Source: Octopus sinensis
Taxonomy: Eukaryota
Reading direction: 5' to 3'
NCBI RefSeq assembly: GCF_006345805.1
Contig: NC_042997.1
Coordinates: 106,206,001-106,270,000 of the forward strand
DNA length: 64,000 nt
Part shown: positions 1-10,466 of the stretch, one piece after another
Numbering within the stretch: the stretch's first letter is position 1
Layout of the letters: each line of letters begins with the position of its first letter
Translations under genes and position numbers: made by a program
The notes under the pieces: generated by a model
What the model saw: the letters and a program-made list of their open reading frames with translations, nothing else
Database searches by the model: none
Told to the model about the DNA's origin: nothing

Positions 1-114
1 CCTCCCTGTTCGTGTATCATGCATGTTTAAACCTCTCGTGTATCACACTTTTTAAACTTCTCGATCCACTCATATAGACTTCTTCACAGTAGAGCGCTGT
101 CTCCGTTTGTAATG

Positions 115-361
115 AAATGGTTAGTCCACTTTACTCAGTAAGGAGCTTAAGGCCGGTTTCCCGGTGTCTCTGTCGTATACATTCCTCCCTGGATAGGATG
201 CTGAACAGTCGCTGATATACTCATTTTTACCAGCTGAATGAACTGGAGCAATGTGAAATGAAATGTTTTGCTCAAAACAACACACCACCCGGTCCCGGAA
301 TCGAAACCACCATCTTACAATCATCAGACCATCACTCTAACCACTAAGCTATACACCACCA
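115..361 (-). mobile_element. tRNA-derived SINE (family C)
   Basis: Minus strand has an A-box-like TAGCTTAGTGG, a B-box-like GGTTTCGATTCC and a TTGAGCAAAACATTTCATTTCACATTGCTCCAG body shared with copies at ~7570-7880, ~38750-39045 and ~44470-44570. Confidence 0.75.
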
Positions 362-477
362 CATTGAACTGAAAGCGTGCAGTGAATTTCAGCCCAGGCA
401 CACCTTCAGACGAGAGAAATCAGATTACTGATCCCTGTTCTTCGATGGTGCTCATTGCTAGTGGAGTAGCCATACTC

Positions 478-689
478 TTTTACTCTTTTAGTTGTTTCAG
501 TCATTTGACTGCGGCCATGTTGGAGCAATGTCTTTAGTCGAGCAAATCGACCCCAGGACTTATTCTTTATAAGCCTAGTACTTATTCTATCGGTCTCTTA
601 TGCCGAACCGCTAAGTTACGGGGACGTAAATACACCACCATCAGTTGTCAAGCGATGTTGGGGGGACAAACACAGACACACAAACATAT

Positions 690-722
<33 letters not shown>

Positions 723-893
723 CATATATACGACGGGCTTCTTTCACTTTCCGTCTGCCAAATCACTCACAAGGCTTTGGTCAGCCCGAGGCTATAGCAG
801 AAGACACTTGCCCAAGGTGCCACGCAGTGGGAATGAACCCGGAACCATGCGGTAGTAAGCTTGCTTACTACTTACCACTCAGCCACTCCTGGC
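478..893 (-). mobile_element. tRNA-derived SINE family A (~400 bp, internal (TA)/(CA) tract); resembles the octopus OR/OK-type SINEs
   Basis: Head GGAGTGGCTGAGTGGTAAG...GGTTCCGGGTTCATTCCCACTGCGTGGCACCTTGGGCAAGTGTCTT and tail CCAACATGGCCGCAGTCAAATGACTGAAACAA; more than 10 homologous copies in the window. Exact family name not verified. Confidence 0.85.
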
Positions 894-1390
894 CATGTTT
901 ACTTTGTAACACAAGAAAGAAAACTGGAGCAATTAAGGTCAAATCTCAAGTACCACCTTTTAGTGCGTGAGCCGTGAAGGTTGTGCGGCCAACCTGAAGA
1001 AGGGCGTTAGCGAAAGTGTTGATAACTTTAGACTTACCTTTGGACATTGAATTATATTCCAAATTCGTTTAATATTATATTTTAAAGATCAAAGTTTTTG
1101 TGAAAAACTACGTGAATAGCCATTTGAGTGCCCACGCAAAGCCTAAAATTATTTTTTTTAATATCAATCTAAAGGTAGAAAAAATTGTAATAAATCAAGA
1201 ATTCTTGTTGTATGGTATTTGATATACCTGTATTTGTCTATGTTGTTCAAATGCATGCCACTGACCTCTCTCAGTTATTTCTCTTAACACCTTTTTGTTT
1301 AAATTATGCAAATTATCTAGTCCTTTATGGGTTCTACACTTTTTGTATAAGTCTAAGTCCCTTGGCTTCTTGAGTTAAGTTTGGATAATT

Positions 1391-1435
1391 GTCATGCTGA
1401 TGATTCCAATTGAGGTAGAAACACATGTCTACGAC
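1391..1435 (+). ncRNA. Minimal type I hammerhead ribozyme motif (partly degenerate)
   Basis: GTCATG-CTGATGA-TTCCAATTGAGGTA-GAAA-CACATGTC-TACGAC. Core CUGAUGA and GAAA intact; stem III ACA/UGU with palindromic ACATGT; GUC site after 1429; stem I 5 of 6 pairs; stem II weak. Confidence 0.6.
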
Positions 1436-1664
1436 TGTCCTCTTGTCTCCAGACAACAAACATCTCCTTTTCCTTAATGGTATATCAACTTTGGAAGAGT
1501 TTTGATTTCAGAGATAACTTCCCCTTCTTATGTGGAGCTGGTCTGAATTTGCCTTTTGGTAATTATGATACGTTTTCTTGAGGAGAAGATAATTTTGATT
1601 AATCAAGAATGTCGTACGGTATTTGCTACACCATGAATGTATATGTGTGCCTGGAATTTTTATT

Positions 1665-2460
1665 CGTTTCAGTCAACTGGACAGCAACCATGCTGCAGCA
1701 GTGCCCTGAAGTATTTTGTCGAAGAAATTGACTCCAGTATATATTCTATTGGTTTGCTTTGCAAAATTGTTAAGTTATGAGGACATAAACAAACTATCAC
1801 CAGTTGTCAACTAGCAGGTGGGGTAACAGACATATACACATAATACACTCATACATACACACATGCATACATACATGCATGCACACACATACGTACATGC
1901 ATACAGACACACACATACATACATATATACACACATATATACATACGCACATACATACACACGTACGTACGTACATAAATACATACATACATGCATACAC
2001 TCACATACATACGCATATACACATACATACACATATATATACATACACATACAGACAAACACATGCGTACATACACACATACACATACATATATTCACAC
2101 ATACCTACATACACACATACACACACTCACATACACACACATACATATATACATACATACATATATACATGCATACATACACACACACATACACACACAT
2201 ACATACATATACATACATACATACATACATACATACATACATACATACATGCATACACACACGCATACATACATACATACATACATACATACATACATAC
2301 ATACATACATACATACATACATACACGATAGGATTCCACATAGATTCCATCAACCAAATTCACCCAGAAGGTATTGATCGACCCAGAGCTATAGCAGAAA
2401 ACACTAGCCTAATCTACCATGCCTTGGAACTGAACCTGAAACCATTCTCTAGAAAAACCC
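1665..2460 (-). mobile_element. SINE family A copy with greatly expanded internal (ACAT)n/(AC)n microsatellite (~1830-2327)
   Basis: Family A flanks (CAGTCAACTGGACAGCAACCATGCTG... on the left, GACCCAGAGCTATAGCAGAAAACAC... on the right) surround a ~500 bp tract. Confidence 0.7.
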
Positions 2461-2821
2461 CGCCGCCGTGGTGATCTCATTCTCGCTCACATCATCATAA
2501 GCAGAAAGCGTAACCTCTCGAAAGAGCTGTTCTTCACTCCTGCTCCAGAGCGTCGGCTGCGGGGTCATTCCGAAAAGCTCTACTTGCGACGATTTCATCT
2601 CAATCGAAGGAGAGGAGCTTTCTCCGTCCGGGTTGCGGATCCGTGGAACAAGCTACCAGACGAGATGGTGAAGATGCCGACGACCGCTTTGTTCAAAGTC
2701 TCCCTTGACCTCAAGTGGCCTGAACTCTTTACATGAACACCACCCTGTACTTAACTCCATGTCCCCTACATGGCCTTGCTATTTGCTTTTGAGCCAAATC
2801 AACTAACTAACTAACTAACTA
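2455..2821 (+). mobile_element. CR1/L2-group LINE 3' end with (AACT)n tail
   Basis: Translates to ...LRGHSEKLYLRRFHLNRRRGAFSVRVADPWNKLPDEMVKMPTTALFKVSLDLKWPELFT*, the typical RGH..KL / RV..WN.LP C-terminus, followed by a short UTR and (AACT)n. Confidence 0.8.
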
Positions 2822-2996
2822 AAAGGCCATCCTAACGTGATAGTCACCATAAGACTCAATATCTTTGTAAGCGAAATTAGCTTGTTAGTATATTTTCATA
2901 TATTTCGTACTATTTTCAATAAGTGCTCTAATATTTTGTTCAGACTGACAATACCACATATGTGTGTGTATACGTAAACAACAGTGTACATATATT

Positions 2997-4110
2997 AGTA
3001 GGTCAAGGCAGCCAACTTCCACAACCACAAAGGACAAAGCTGACATTATGCATATCATGATTTTTGAGGACTGCCAAATTTCAGTTAAAATCATAGCTGA
3101 AATGCTGGGGGTTTCCCGTGAAAGTATTGGACATGAGAAAGTTTTCCACAAAATGGGTGCCGAAATGCATGAACGCAGATCAGAAATATATCAGAGTGAT
3201 GACACCAAAGGCAATTTTGGGCCAGTTTGCAGTGGGAGAGGCTGATTTTATGACTCGTTTAGTTACCATGAATGAAACTTGGTTTCATCATTATAATCCC
3301 ATCACCAAGCAGCATTCAATATAGTGGCACACAGCAGATTACCGGGTCCCAAGAAGTTTCGGGTCTAAAAGTCAGCTGGAAAGATTCTGGCTTCAATGTT
3401 CTGGGACAAAGATGGAGTACTCCTCATAAAATACCTATTTCTTTACTGCCCACAAGGAGCTACACACAGAGGGGGAAAACAAAGACAGACAAATGGATTG
3501 AGTCGATTATATCGACTCCTGTGCGTAACTGGTACTTATTTAATCAACCCCGAAAGGATGAAAGGCAAAGTCGATCTCGGCGGAATTTGACGAAATACCG
3601 CTAAGCATTTCGCCCGACGTGCTAACGTTTCTGCCAGCTCGCCACCTCATAAAATACCTGCCAAAAGGTCACACTATCAATTCAGAATACTACTTGTGTC
3701 TGTTGGATGAACTGCGTGAGTCTTTGAAGCAGAAACACCATAGAAAGCTGAGCCGTGGTGTACTGTTTTTGCAGGACAATATGCCAGCTCACATATCACC
3801 TGAAGCTTTACGGACAATACACAGCTTTAGCTTCAAACTGGTAAGTACTCACCTTACTCTCCTGACGTGGCCCCCTCTGGCTATCATTTCTTTCCACAAC
3901 TGAAGAAAGGACTCAAAGGAACAAAATTTCACTCTGAGACCTGGTTAAAGGCCCGAATTTCCTAGTTCTTTTTACAGAGTTTAGAAAAACTGAAGGACTT
4001 CTGAAATAAGTGTGTGAATCTGAGAGGGTAATATGTTGAATAAAATCATAATTGATTGATCATCCTTATTTTCTTTTACCCAAAGCCAGGAACTTTTCAG
4101 CACCTCCTTG
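2997..4110 (+). mobile_element. Decayed mariner transposon (frameshifted transposase, right TIR)
   Basis: Motifs RQPTS..., KWVPK, LVTMNETWFHHY, MFWDKDGV, LFLQDNMPAH and a degenerate HPPYSPDLAP-like region; terminus AAAGCCAGGAACTTTTCAGCACCTCCTTG followed by TA. Confidence 0.85.
3437..3644 (-). mobile_element. tRNA-derived SINE family N (Nin-domain-like) with 15-bp TSD
   Basis: CCTCATAAAATACCT at 3422-3436 and 3645-3659; body GACTTTGCCTTTCATCCTTTCGGGGTTGATTAAATAAGTACCAG. Further copies at ~4728, 19561, 30990, 33480, 34030, 39100, 45760, 47190 and 49920. Confidence 0.85.
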
Positions 4111-4269
4111 TAGTACATTCCATAGGACCTCCCAAAACTAGATACCAAATATGTACACATTGTCCAAGGCTAATGAGGTTACCTATAAAGAAAACCAAAC
4201 AATACCAAAGTAAGTATCCCCACAAGCTAAGAATCCACAAACACTTTCCACTTTACAATAATGAAAGAC

Positions 4270-4625
4270 AACACACATACATACACATACATACACACAT
4301 GCATACACATATATATACATACACATATACATAGATATATGTACACACACATATACATACATACACATACATACACACATACATACATACATACATACGC
4401 ATACATACATATATGCACACACACATATACATGCATACACACACATACATATATATATACAAACATGCATACGTACATACATACATGCATACATACATGC
4501 ATACACACATACATACATACACACACATACATATATATATACAAACATGCATACATACATACATACATACATACATACATACATACATACATACATACAT
4601 ACATACATACATACATACATACACG
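4270..4625. repeat. Compound (ACAT)n/(AC)n microsatellite
   Basis: Directly visible tetranucleotide and dinucleotide tract. Confidence 0.95.
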
Positions 4626-4994
4626 ATAGAAGCTCACTTTGTAATCACATGGTTTCAGGTTCATCAGGTGCCTAAAACTATACGCTTTAATTTTCAATCG
4701 TTATGTTCATATAAGTCCACAAATTATGGCGGTGATCTAGCACAATTGTTAGCACACCGGGCAAAATGTTGACTTTGCTTTTCATCCGTTCCGAGCTGAT
4801 GAAATGAGTAGCAGTTAAGCACTGGCATTGACTTACCCACTTCCTCTGAAATTGGTGGTCTTGTGCCAAAATTTGAAACCAATATAAATTTTTGAAAAGT
4901 AAATAACTTAAACAAACATGCATAATACGCTTATATCAACAGTTAAGAGTATTTACGTTTTTAAACAAACTACTATATATGTGTGTGTGTGTGT

Positions 4995-5260
4995 GGAGGC
5001 ACAATGGCCCAGTGGGACTCGCAGTCGTAGGATCGCGGTTTCGATTCCCAGGCCGGGCGTTGTGAGTGTTTATTGAGCGAAAACACTCAAAACCTCCACG
5101 AGGCTCCGGCAGGGGGTGGTGATCCCTGCTGTACTCTTTCACCATTCTTTCTTCTGTTGGCCTGCTCGCTTAGCCAGCGGGGTGGTATCATTCGAAGGCT
5201 AAAACAATGCGAACGCATTGTGACCAGCGATGTGTAACAACATCTGATGGTCTGGTCGGT

Positions 5261-5268
<8 letters not shown>
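4995..5268 (+). mobile_element. tRNA-derived SINE family F with RTE-type 3' tail
   Basis: Head GGAGGCACAATGGCCCAGTGG, B-box GGTTTCGATTCC; 3' end GCATTGTGACCAGCGATGT...GTCTGGTC...GTGATA matches the RTE fragment end at 14017-14078; flanked by (TG)n and (TA)n. Confidence 0.75.
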
Positions 5269-5306
<38 letters not shown>

Positions 5307-5312
5307 AAGTAT

Positions 5313-5354
<42 letters not shown>

Positions 5355-5355
<1 letters not shown>

Positions 5356-5550
5356 TGTGTACCGTCGGCAATTTGTTTTCCTCTGTCTTCCCTTCTCTGG
5401 ATCTTTCCTTCTCCTATGTTTCCGACGAAGAGCTCCGCTCGAAACGTTAAACCCTCGTTCTTTCCTTCTTTCCTGAGTGTCCAATAATACTATATTTGTT
5501 CCACGTCCTCGTGTTGTTGTGTCTTTTTTTTTGTGCTTTCTAGTTTGGAT

Positions 5551-5558
<8 letters not shown>
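5355..5558 (+). mobile_element. Solo hammerhead-bearing ~200 bp module (putative Penelope pseudo-LTR)
   Basis: Homologous over its length to ~55930-56128; embedded between (TA)n tracts; contains GTTT-CCGACGA-A-GAGC-TCC-GCTC-GAAA-CGTT-AAAC. Confidence 0.7.
5418..5452 (+). ncRNA. Minimal type I hammerhead ribozyme motif (U4C variant)
   Basis: Stem I GTTT/AAAC, core CCGACGA, stem II GAGC/GCTC, GAAA, palindromic AACGTT, GUU site after 5448. Confidence 0.6.
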
Positions 5559-5600
<42 letters not shown>

Positions 5601-6577
5601 TATATGTATATATATATATATATATGTGTGTATATACATATACATATATGTATAATTGCACATTGACTTTCACACACTTTAAGTTTTATTTAATATATAT
5701 ATATATAATAGAATTAAATAGAGCATATAAATCATATATTCAACGAGAAACTTTCAACTGATACCTCTTTATCTGATTATGCTTTCACTTACAATACTAA
5801 CTAACACACCATCAACTTACCAAATAATAACACAATGCAAATAGTTATATAAGCACACATACAAGCAAAAGTGTACCAGTACACACACATAGAACTGAGT
5901 ACAAAGACACACACACACAACAGGCATCTTTCAGTTTCTGACTATCACACAAAGACACACACATATACAGACACATGCAAAAGCACACATGCCCACATAC
6001 ATACATATTATACAGAACAAAGAAAAATATTTTTTCGGCTTGTTTTATTTTCATTATGACCTTCTGGAAATTCAAAATAAATAATACCCTTACAATTACA
6101 CAACTTAACATAATTGCACTTTTACTTTCACTCATGTGAAGTTTTATTTAATTTCTTTCAATTAACCATTCAGTCTCCCTTCTCTAACCTTTAACACGGT
6201 TTACTAGAAATCTTACTTTCCTAACCAAAAATTTCCTTTATATAGAATTTTAACCAGAATGGTAAACCTTTGTCAGCATTCTCACAAACCACAAGGTAAA
6301 TATCAAAAGGGAAATAAGAGGTTCTGGCACTGCCATTTTGGTGTCGCTAATTCAATGCTGGCTTATTTGATATTAGATGTTTTAATATTTTTCAAGTTTT
6401 CTCCTTTGCTCTTTCTCTCTCTTTCTCTCCCCTCCCTCTTTCTCTCCCCTCTCACTTCCTCTTCCCCCTCTCTCTTCCCCACCCCTCTCACTCTGTGTGT
6501 GTGTGAGCATATTTCTCTATGTACATAAGGAGAGGAAAAGTGTTTACGTCACTCAGGTTCAATTAATAAATTATAAT

Positions 6578-6658
6578 CTCTCTCTCTCATGCTTCCCTCT
6601 CTCTCATGCTCCCTCTCTCTCATGCTTCCCTCTCTCTCATGCTTCCCTCTCTCTCATT
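6578..6658. repeat. Pyrimidine-rich minisatellite, ~17-bp unit CTCTCTCTCATGCTTCC (about 4 copies)
   Basis: Directly visible tandem units. Confidence 0.85.
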
Positions 6659-7092
6659 CTCCTTCTCCTCTCTTTCATTCTACATGTGTATATTTGAGCT
6701 TATATACTACATGTGTATGTGTGTATATATGTGTATGTGTGTGTGTGTGCATGCTTGTGTGTGTACATGTGTATGTGTATGCATGCTGCGTGCGTGCGTG
6801 TGTGTGTGTGTGCATGTGTTTGTGTGCATGCATGTGTATTTCTATAACTCTGTATGTGTGTGAGTGTGTGTCCCTCTGGTGCTAAAAAGTACTGTCACCA
6901 AAAGAGGGTCAGTGTCCAGTCAGCATCCAAACGGCTGCCCCTAGTAATCTCAATCAACATCAAGACTGCTGCTTTTAATCGAGCATCCAGAGCTGAATGA
7001 TAATCTTTGCAGCAACACAATGCCTGTTCAGGTTTTCTATGAGAATCTTCTGGCAACTCCATAACTGATTCTAGTCATGTGAAAGAGATTCA

Positions 7093-7490
7093 CCATCATC
7101 ATCATCATCATCATCATCGTTTAATCTCCGCTTTCCATGCTAGCATGGGTTGGACGATTTGACTGAGGGCTGGCGAACCTGATGGCTGCACCAGGCTCCA
7201 ATCTTGATCTAGCAGAGTTTCTACAGCTGGATGCCCTTCCTAACACCAACCAATCCGAGAGTGTAGTGGGTGCTTTTATGTGCCACCGGCACGGGGGCAA
7301 GTCAGGAGGTACTGGCAATGACCTCGCTCGAATCTTTTTACACATGCCACCGGCACAGGTGCCAGTAAGGCGGTGCTGGTAACGATCACGCTCGACTGGT
7401 GCCTTTTACATGCCACTGGCACGGAAGCCAGTTAGCCACTGTGGCAACAATCATGCTCGGATGGTGCTCCTAGCATGGGGCACAAGTGCC
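7093..7490 (-). mobile_element. Repeat family B: RTE-type 3' tail or SINE ending in (GAT)n with internal GTGCC-NNN-GGCAC units
   Basis: Terminus CATGCTAGCATGGAAAGCGGAGATTAAACGATGATGATG on the minus strand; homologues at ~26481, 26735, 28355, 29265, 32760, 38175, 43310, 52670 and 56590. Confidence 0.8.
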
Positions 7491-7569
7491 AGTTCCAAAG
7501 TATATTTTTATTTTAAGCTTTAGTTTTGCTTTCTCCTCCAGTAAGGTTGTTATTTTCAGAAATTGTTAC

Positions 7570-7880
7570 TGTGGATAAGTGGTTAGGGTGTTCAGCTTAT
7601 GATCGTAAGGTTGTGAGTTCAATTCCTGGCGACATGTTGTGTCCTTGAGTAAGACACTTTATTTCACGTTGCTCCAGTCCACTCTGCTGGCAAAAATGAG
7701 TGGTAGCTGTATTTCAAAGAGCCAGCCTTGTCTCATTTGTGTCACGCTGAATCCCCTTGAGAATTACGTTATGAGTACACGGGTTTGTGGAGTACTCAGC
7801 CACTTGCATGTTAATTTCACAAGCTGGATGTTCCATTGATCAGATTAACTGGAACCCTCATTGTCATAACAGAGGGAGTA
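7570..7880 (+). mobile_element. tRNA-derived SINE family C
   Basis: AAGTGGTTAGGGTG...GAGTTCAATTCCTGG head and GTGTCCTTGAGTAAGACACTTTATTTCAC body. Confidence 0.75.
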
Positions 7881-8289
7881 CTTATATTATATTGTGGATA
7901 ATATTACTACTGTTATTAGAGCTGCTAATATTGCTTCTAATCACACAAAATTCATTATTATAATTATTATATTCAGGGTTACCAGATATATTGTTGTAAG
8001 ATACTCAAGTGAACGTATGGATTAGACCAAATTTTCATCTATTGGCAGCCACAATAATTGATCCAAAATTAAGTGCAATTGAATAAGAAAGCTTTATAGT
8101 GGAAGTGCAAAATATGGAATGGCATTTATGTTGAGAGGGGAAATTAGACTATGGAATATTGAAGAACAGTTTAAGCTAAGATTTAACTTGTGATCAAAAT
8201 GCAGGTATAAAGCATTGAACCTTACACCTTCTGCTTTTGTTATATTGTCCAGGATGTTTTAGATGGTAAGTTTTGAGCTCACCTAGGCC

Positions 8290-9642
8290 TTCATCTACAA
8301 TGATAATGGCAGTCAAAATCAGGAGTAAACTGTTAGTACTAGAAGGGTCGAGTGGAGGTGGCGAATGCGTTCATCGCTTCCATCATCTACTAACGCTTGA
8401 CCGTCGTCCTTTGCCCCACTTCGTGCCTGATAAAGTTGGAGCACTTGCTCTTCCACTTTCTATGAAAGGGAGATGTTCTGCTTGTCAGACGGTCCATCTG
8501 CTGTCAACAGCAGCTGACTGGAGGACTAGGCATGCTGTGGCTAATGAAGCACAGACATGCGCTGAGGATATGATACCTCCAGTGTTTCCTTTATGGTGAG
8601 CAGGTGTAGTTGCCCTTTGTCAAACGGGACTTTCTGCAGCTTGTCTAATTGATGGAGCTACAGTCCTGGGTTGAGCGTAGACCTAGAAAGTGCATTTGGC
8701 ACCTGGAGTGTCAGCAAGTGCTCACAGCTTACTGCCAGTTGGGCAACGCAGTCAGTGGAAGTTCCACTATGAAGTTCTGTGAGGGATTAGCGGAGGAAAA
8801 GAGTGACAACATATTAGGGGGGGAACTCTGGGCATCAGGAGGGATCAACTAACTGGTCTTTTCCGGAGGACTTTCGGGCCAGGGCCTATCGATATCTTCC
8901 AGAAATCCCTGGCCTTACAGTGCTGTCGAGGAGCTCTGCTGGTTCGAGACAAGCTCTACAAACATGGAAGTGCTGTCAGACGGACCTGTCTGAAGTGTGC
9001 ACAGGGCAATGAAACCAACCTGCATGCACTCGTCCAATGTACGTGCATTACTGACTTGTGGAATTTTGTCGAGCAGCTGTTATCATGCGTAGAGCTGATC
9101 CGATTATCAGCCGAGTCCATTGTGAGGATCGCCCTACTGCCTTCTTTTGGCCAGGAGGGAAAGGCAGTTTTCCTCTATAACGAAAGAGGCTGAAAGGACT
9201 GAAGATAGACACTTTCCTCTTCAGCCAAGCCCTCATCGACTTTTTCAAGTTCCATTTGGAAAGGAAAGTGAAGGTAGAGAGGTAAGTACTGCCTCCGAGT
9301 AATGTAGTAGAAAGGTAGGTGACTGTTGCAAAAATGACTCATGTGAATGGGCCTACTCTGAATATTCGTCTGTAAGCCAGAGCAGTTGAAGGGAAGAGGG
9401 GTGCCTCCTTGATGTGCTCTTGGCAGTCTGGGAGACCAGGATATGTGGGTGCCCTAGTTGGCCTTGATTGGAACTCCCCACTTTTGGGGAATTTTGTTGT
9501 TAGATCTTTTGTTAAATGATTTTGTTTCCTTGTTTTTGTTAACTGCTTTTGTTTCCTTTTCTGTTTTAAACCCCACTTGTCTCTCATTTTGTATTGTCTC
9601 TATATGGTTTTGTGTTTGGCCCTTGTGACCAATAAAGAAAGG

Positions 9643-9688
<46 letters not shown>

Positions 9689-9712
9689 TATTATTATTGT
9701 TATTATTATTTA
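8290..9712 (+). mobile_element. L1/Tx1-clade non-LTR retrotransposon, decayed 3' portion
   Basis: GGLGMLWLMKHRHALRI at ~8520 (post-RT GGLG motif); CLKCAQGNETNLHALVQC...LW at ~8987 (zf-RVT type CxxC..E...H....C); AATAAA at 9631-9636 followed by an (ATT)n tail. Confidence 0.75.
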
Positions 9713-10132
9713 TTTTAGTGCAAGAAAATATCATTTTAAAAATATAAATCATCTTCATCATCATTGTCATTTTCATCATAAATATGGAATAATCAACAAT
9801 GAAATATTCTATTAATAATTATTATTGTTATTACTTTCATTTATTCATTTATTTATTTATATATTTGCTAAGTAGCTTATTTTGTTATTTTCCTTAGCTA
9901 CTCAAAAAATTGGTTGCATCTGCAAAAATATTAAAAATTATCTTTAATCATTCAAAATTCCAACATATTATGTTAATGTGTTTCATCTACTGTTTATATG
10001 CTAAATTTCCAATGCAATATAATAACTTCACAAAAGCTGGTGGTGGAGTGGTTTGTTTCTTCATAGTTTTTCTTTTAAATATCTCAAATATTTATATTTA
10101 CTGTAACTGCACATTTGTCTTGGTCGTCAAGT

Positions 10133-10200
<68 letters not shown>

Positions 10201-10203
10201 TTC

Positions 10204-10362
10204 ATTTATTTATTTATACACATACACACAGTTAGATATACACATATAGGTGTCCTCTTCCTCCTCATCATCATCGTTTAAGTGGACGTTAAACGATGAT
10301 GATGAGGAGGACACCTGTATGTGTGTATCTGTCTCTTAGTGTATGTGTATAAATAAATAAAT
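10204..10362. repeat. Imperfect foldback palindrome centred on a family-B tail stub
   Basis: Arms ~10204-10281 and 10289-10362 around a 7-nt spacer GTGGACG. Confidence 0.85.
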
Positions 10363-10466
10363 ATATATATATATATAAGTATATATATTTACATATATGT
10401 ATGTATATATACATGCATGTGTGTGTGTGTGTGTGCATGCATATATATGTATGTATATATATATAT

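Larger units (their letters stand above)
1..960 (-). mobile_element. Mariner transposase N-terminal remnant interrupted by two SINEs
   Basis: Minus-strand translation of 476-376 gives MATPLAMSTIEEQGSVI*FLSSEGVPGLKFTAR; 115-1 contains GDSALL*RSLYEWIEKFKK, a mariner HTH-type segment. SINEs at ~115-361 and ~478-893 split it; GCCAT flanks the second SINE on both sides. Confidence 0.6.

Noticed and set aside
990-1021. CAAC-CTGAAGA-AGGGCGTTAGC-GAAA-GT-GTTG hammerhead-like motif
   Set aside because: Core and a 4-bp stem I are present, but stem III and the NUH site are missing and stem II is only 2 bp; at best a dead relic.
1797-2474. Many long ORFs rich in HT/YI/VC/MY (also at 4183-4772, 53134-53525, 54675-55810, 56322-56657)
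   Set aside because: Translations of (AC)n/(ACAT)n/(TA)n microsatellites, open in several frames and on both strands; no coding signal.
8253-8265. Apparent micro-exon (TGTCCAG|GATGTTTTAGATG|GTAAGT)
   Set aside because: Lies ~14 kb upstream of the Sowah start with no supported + strand gene to belong to; such motifs arise by chance.
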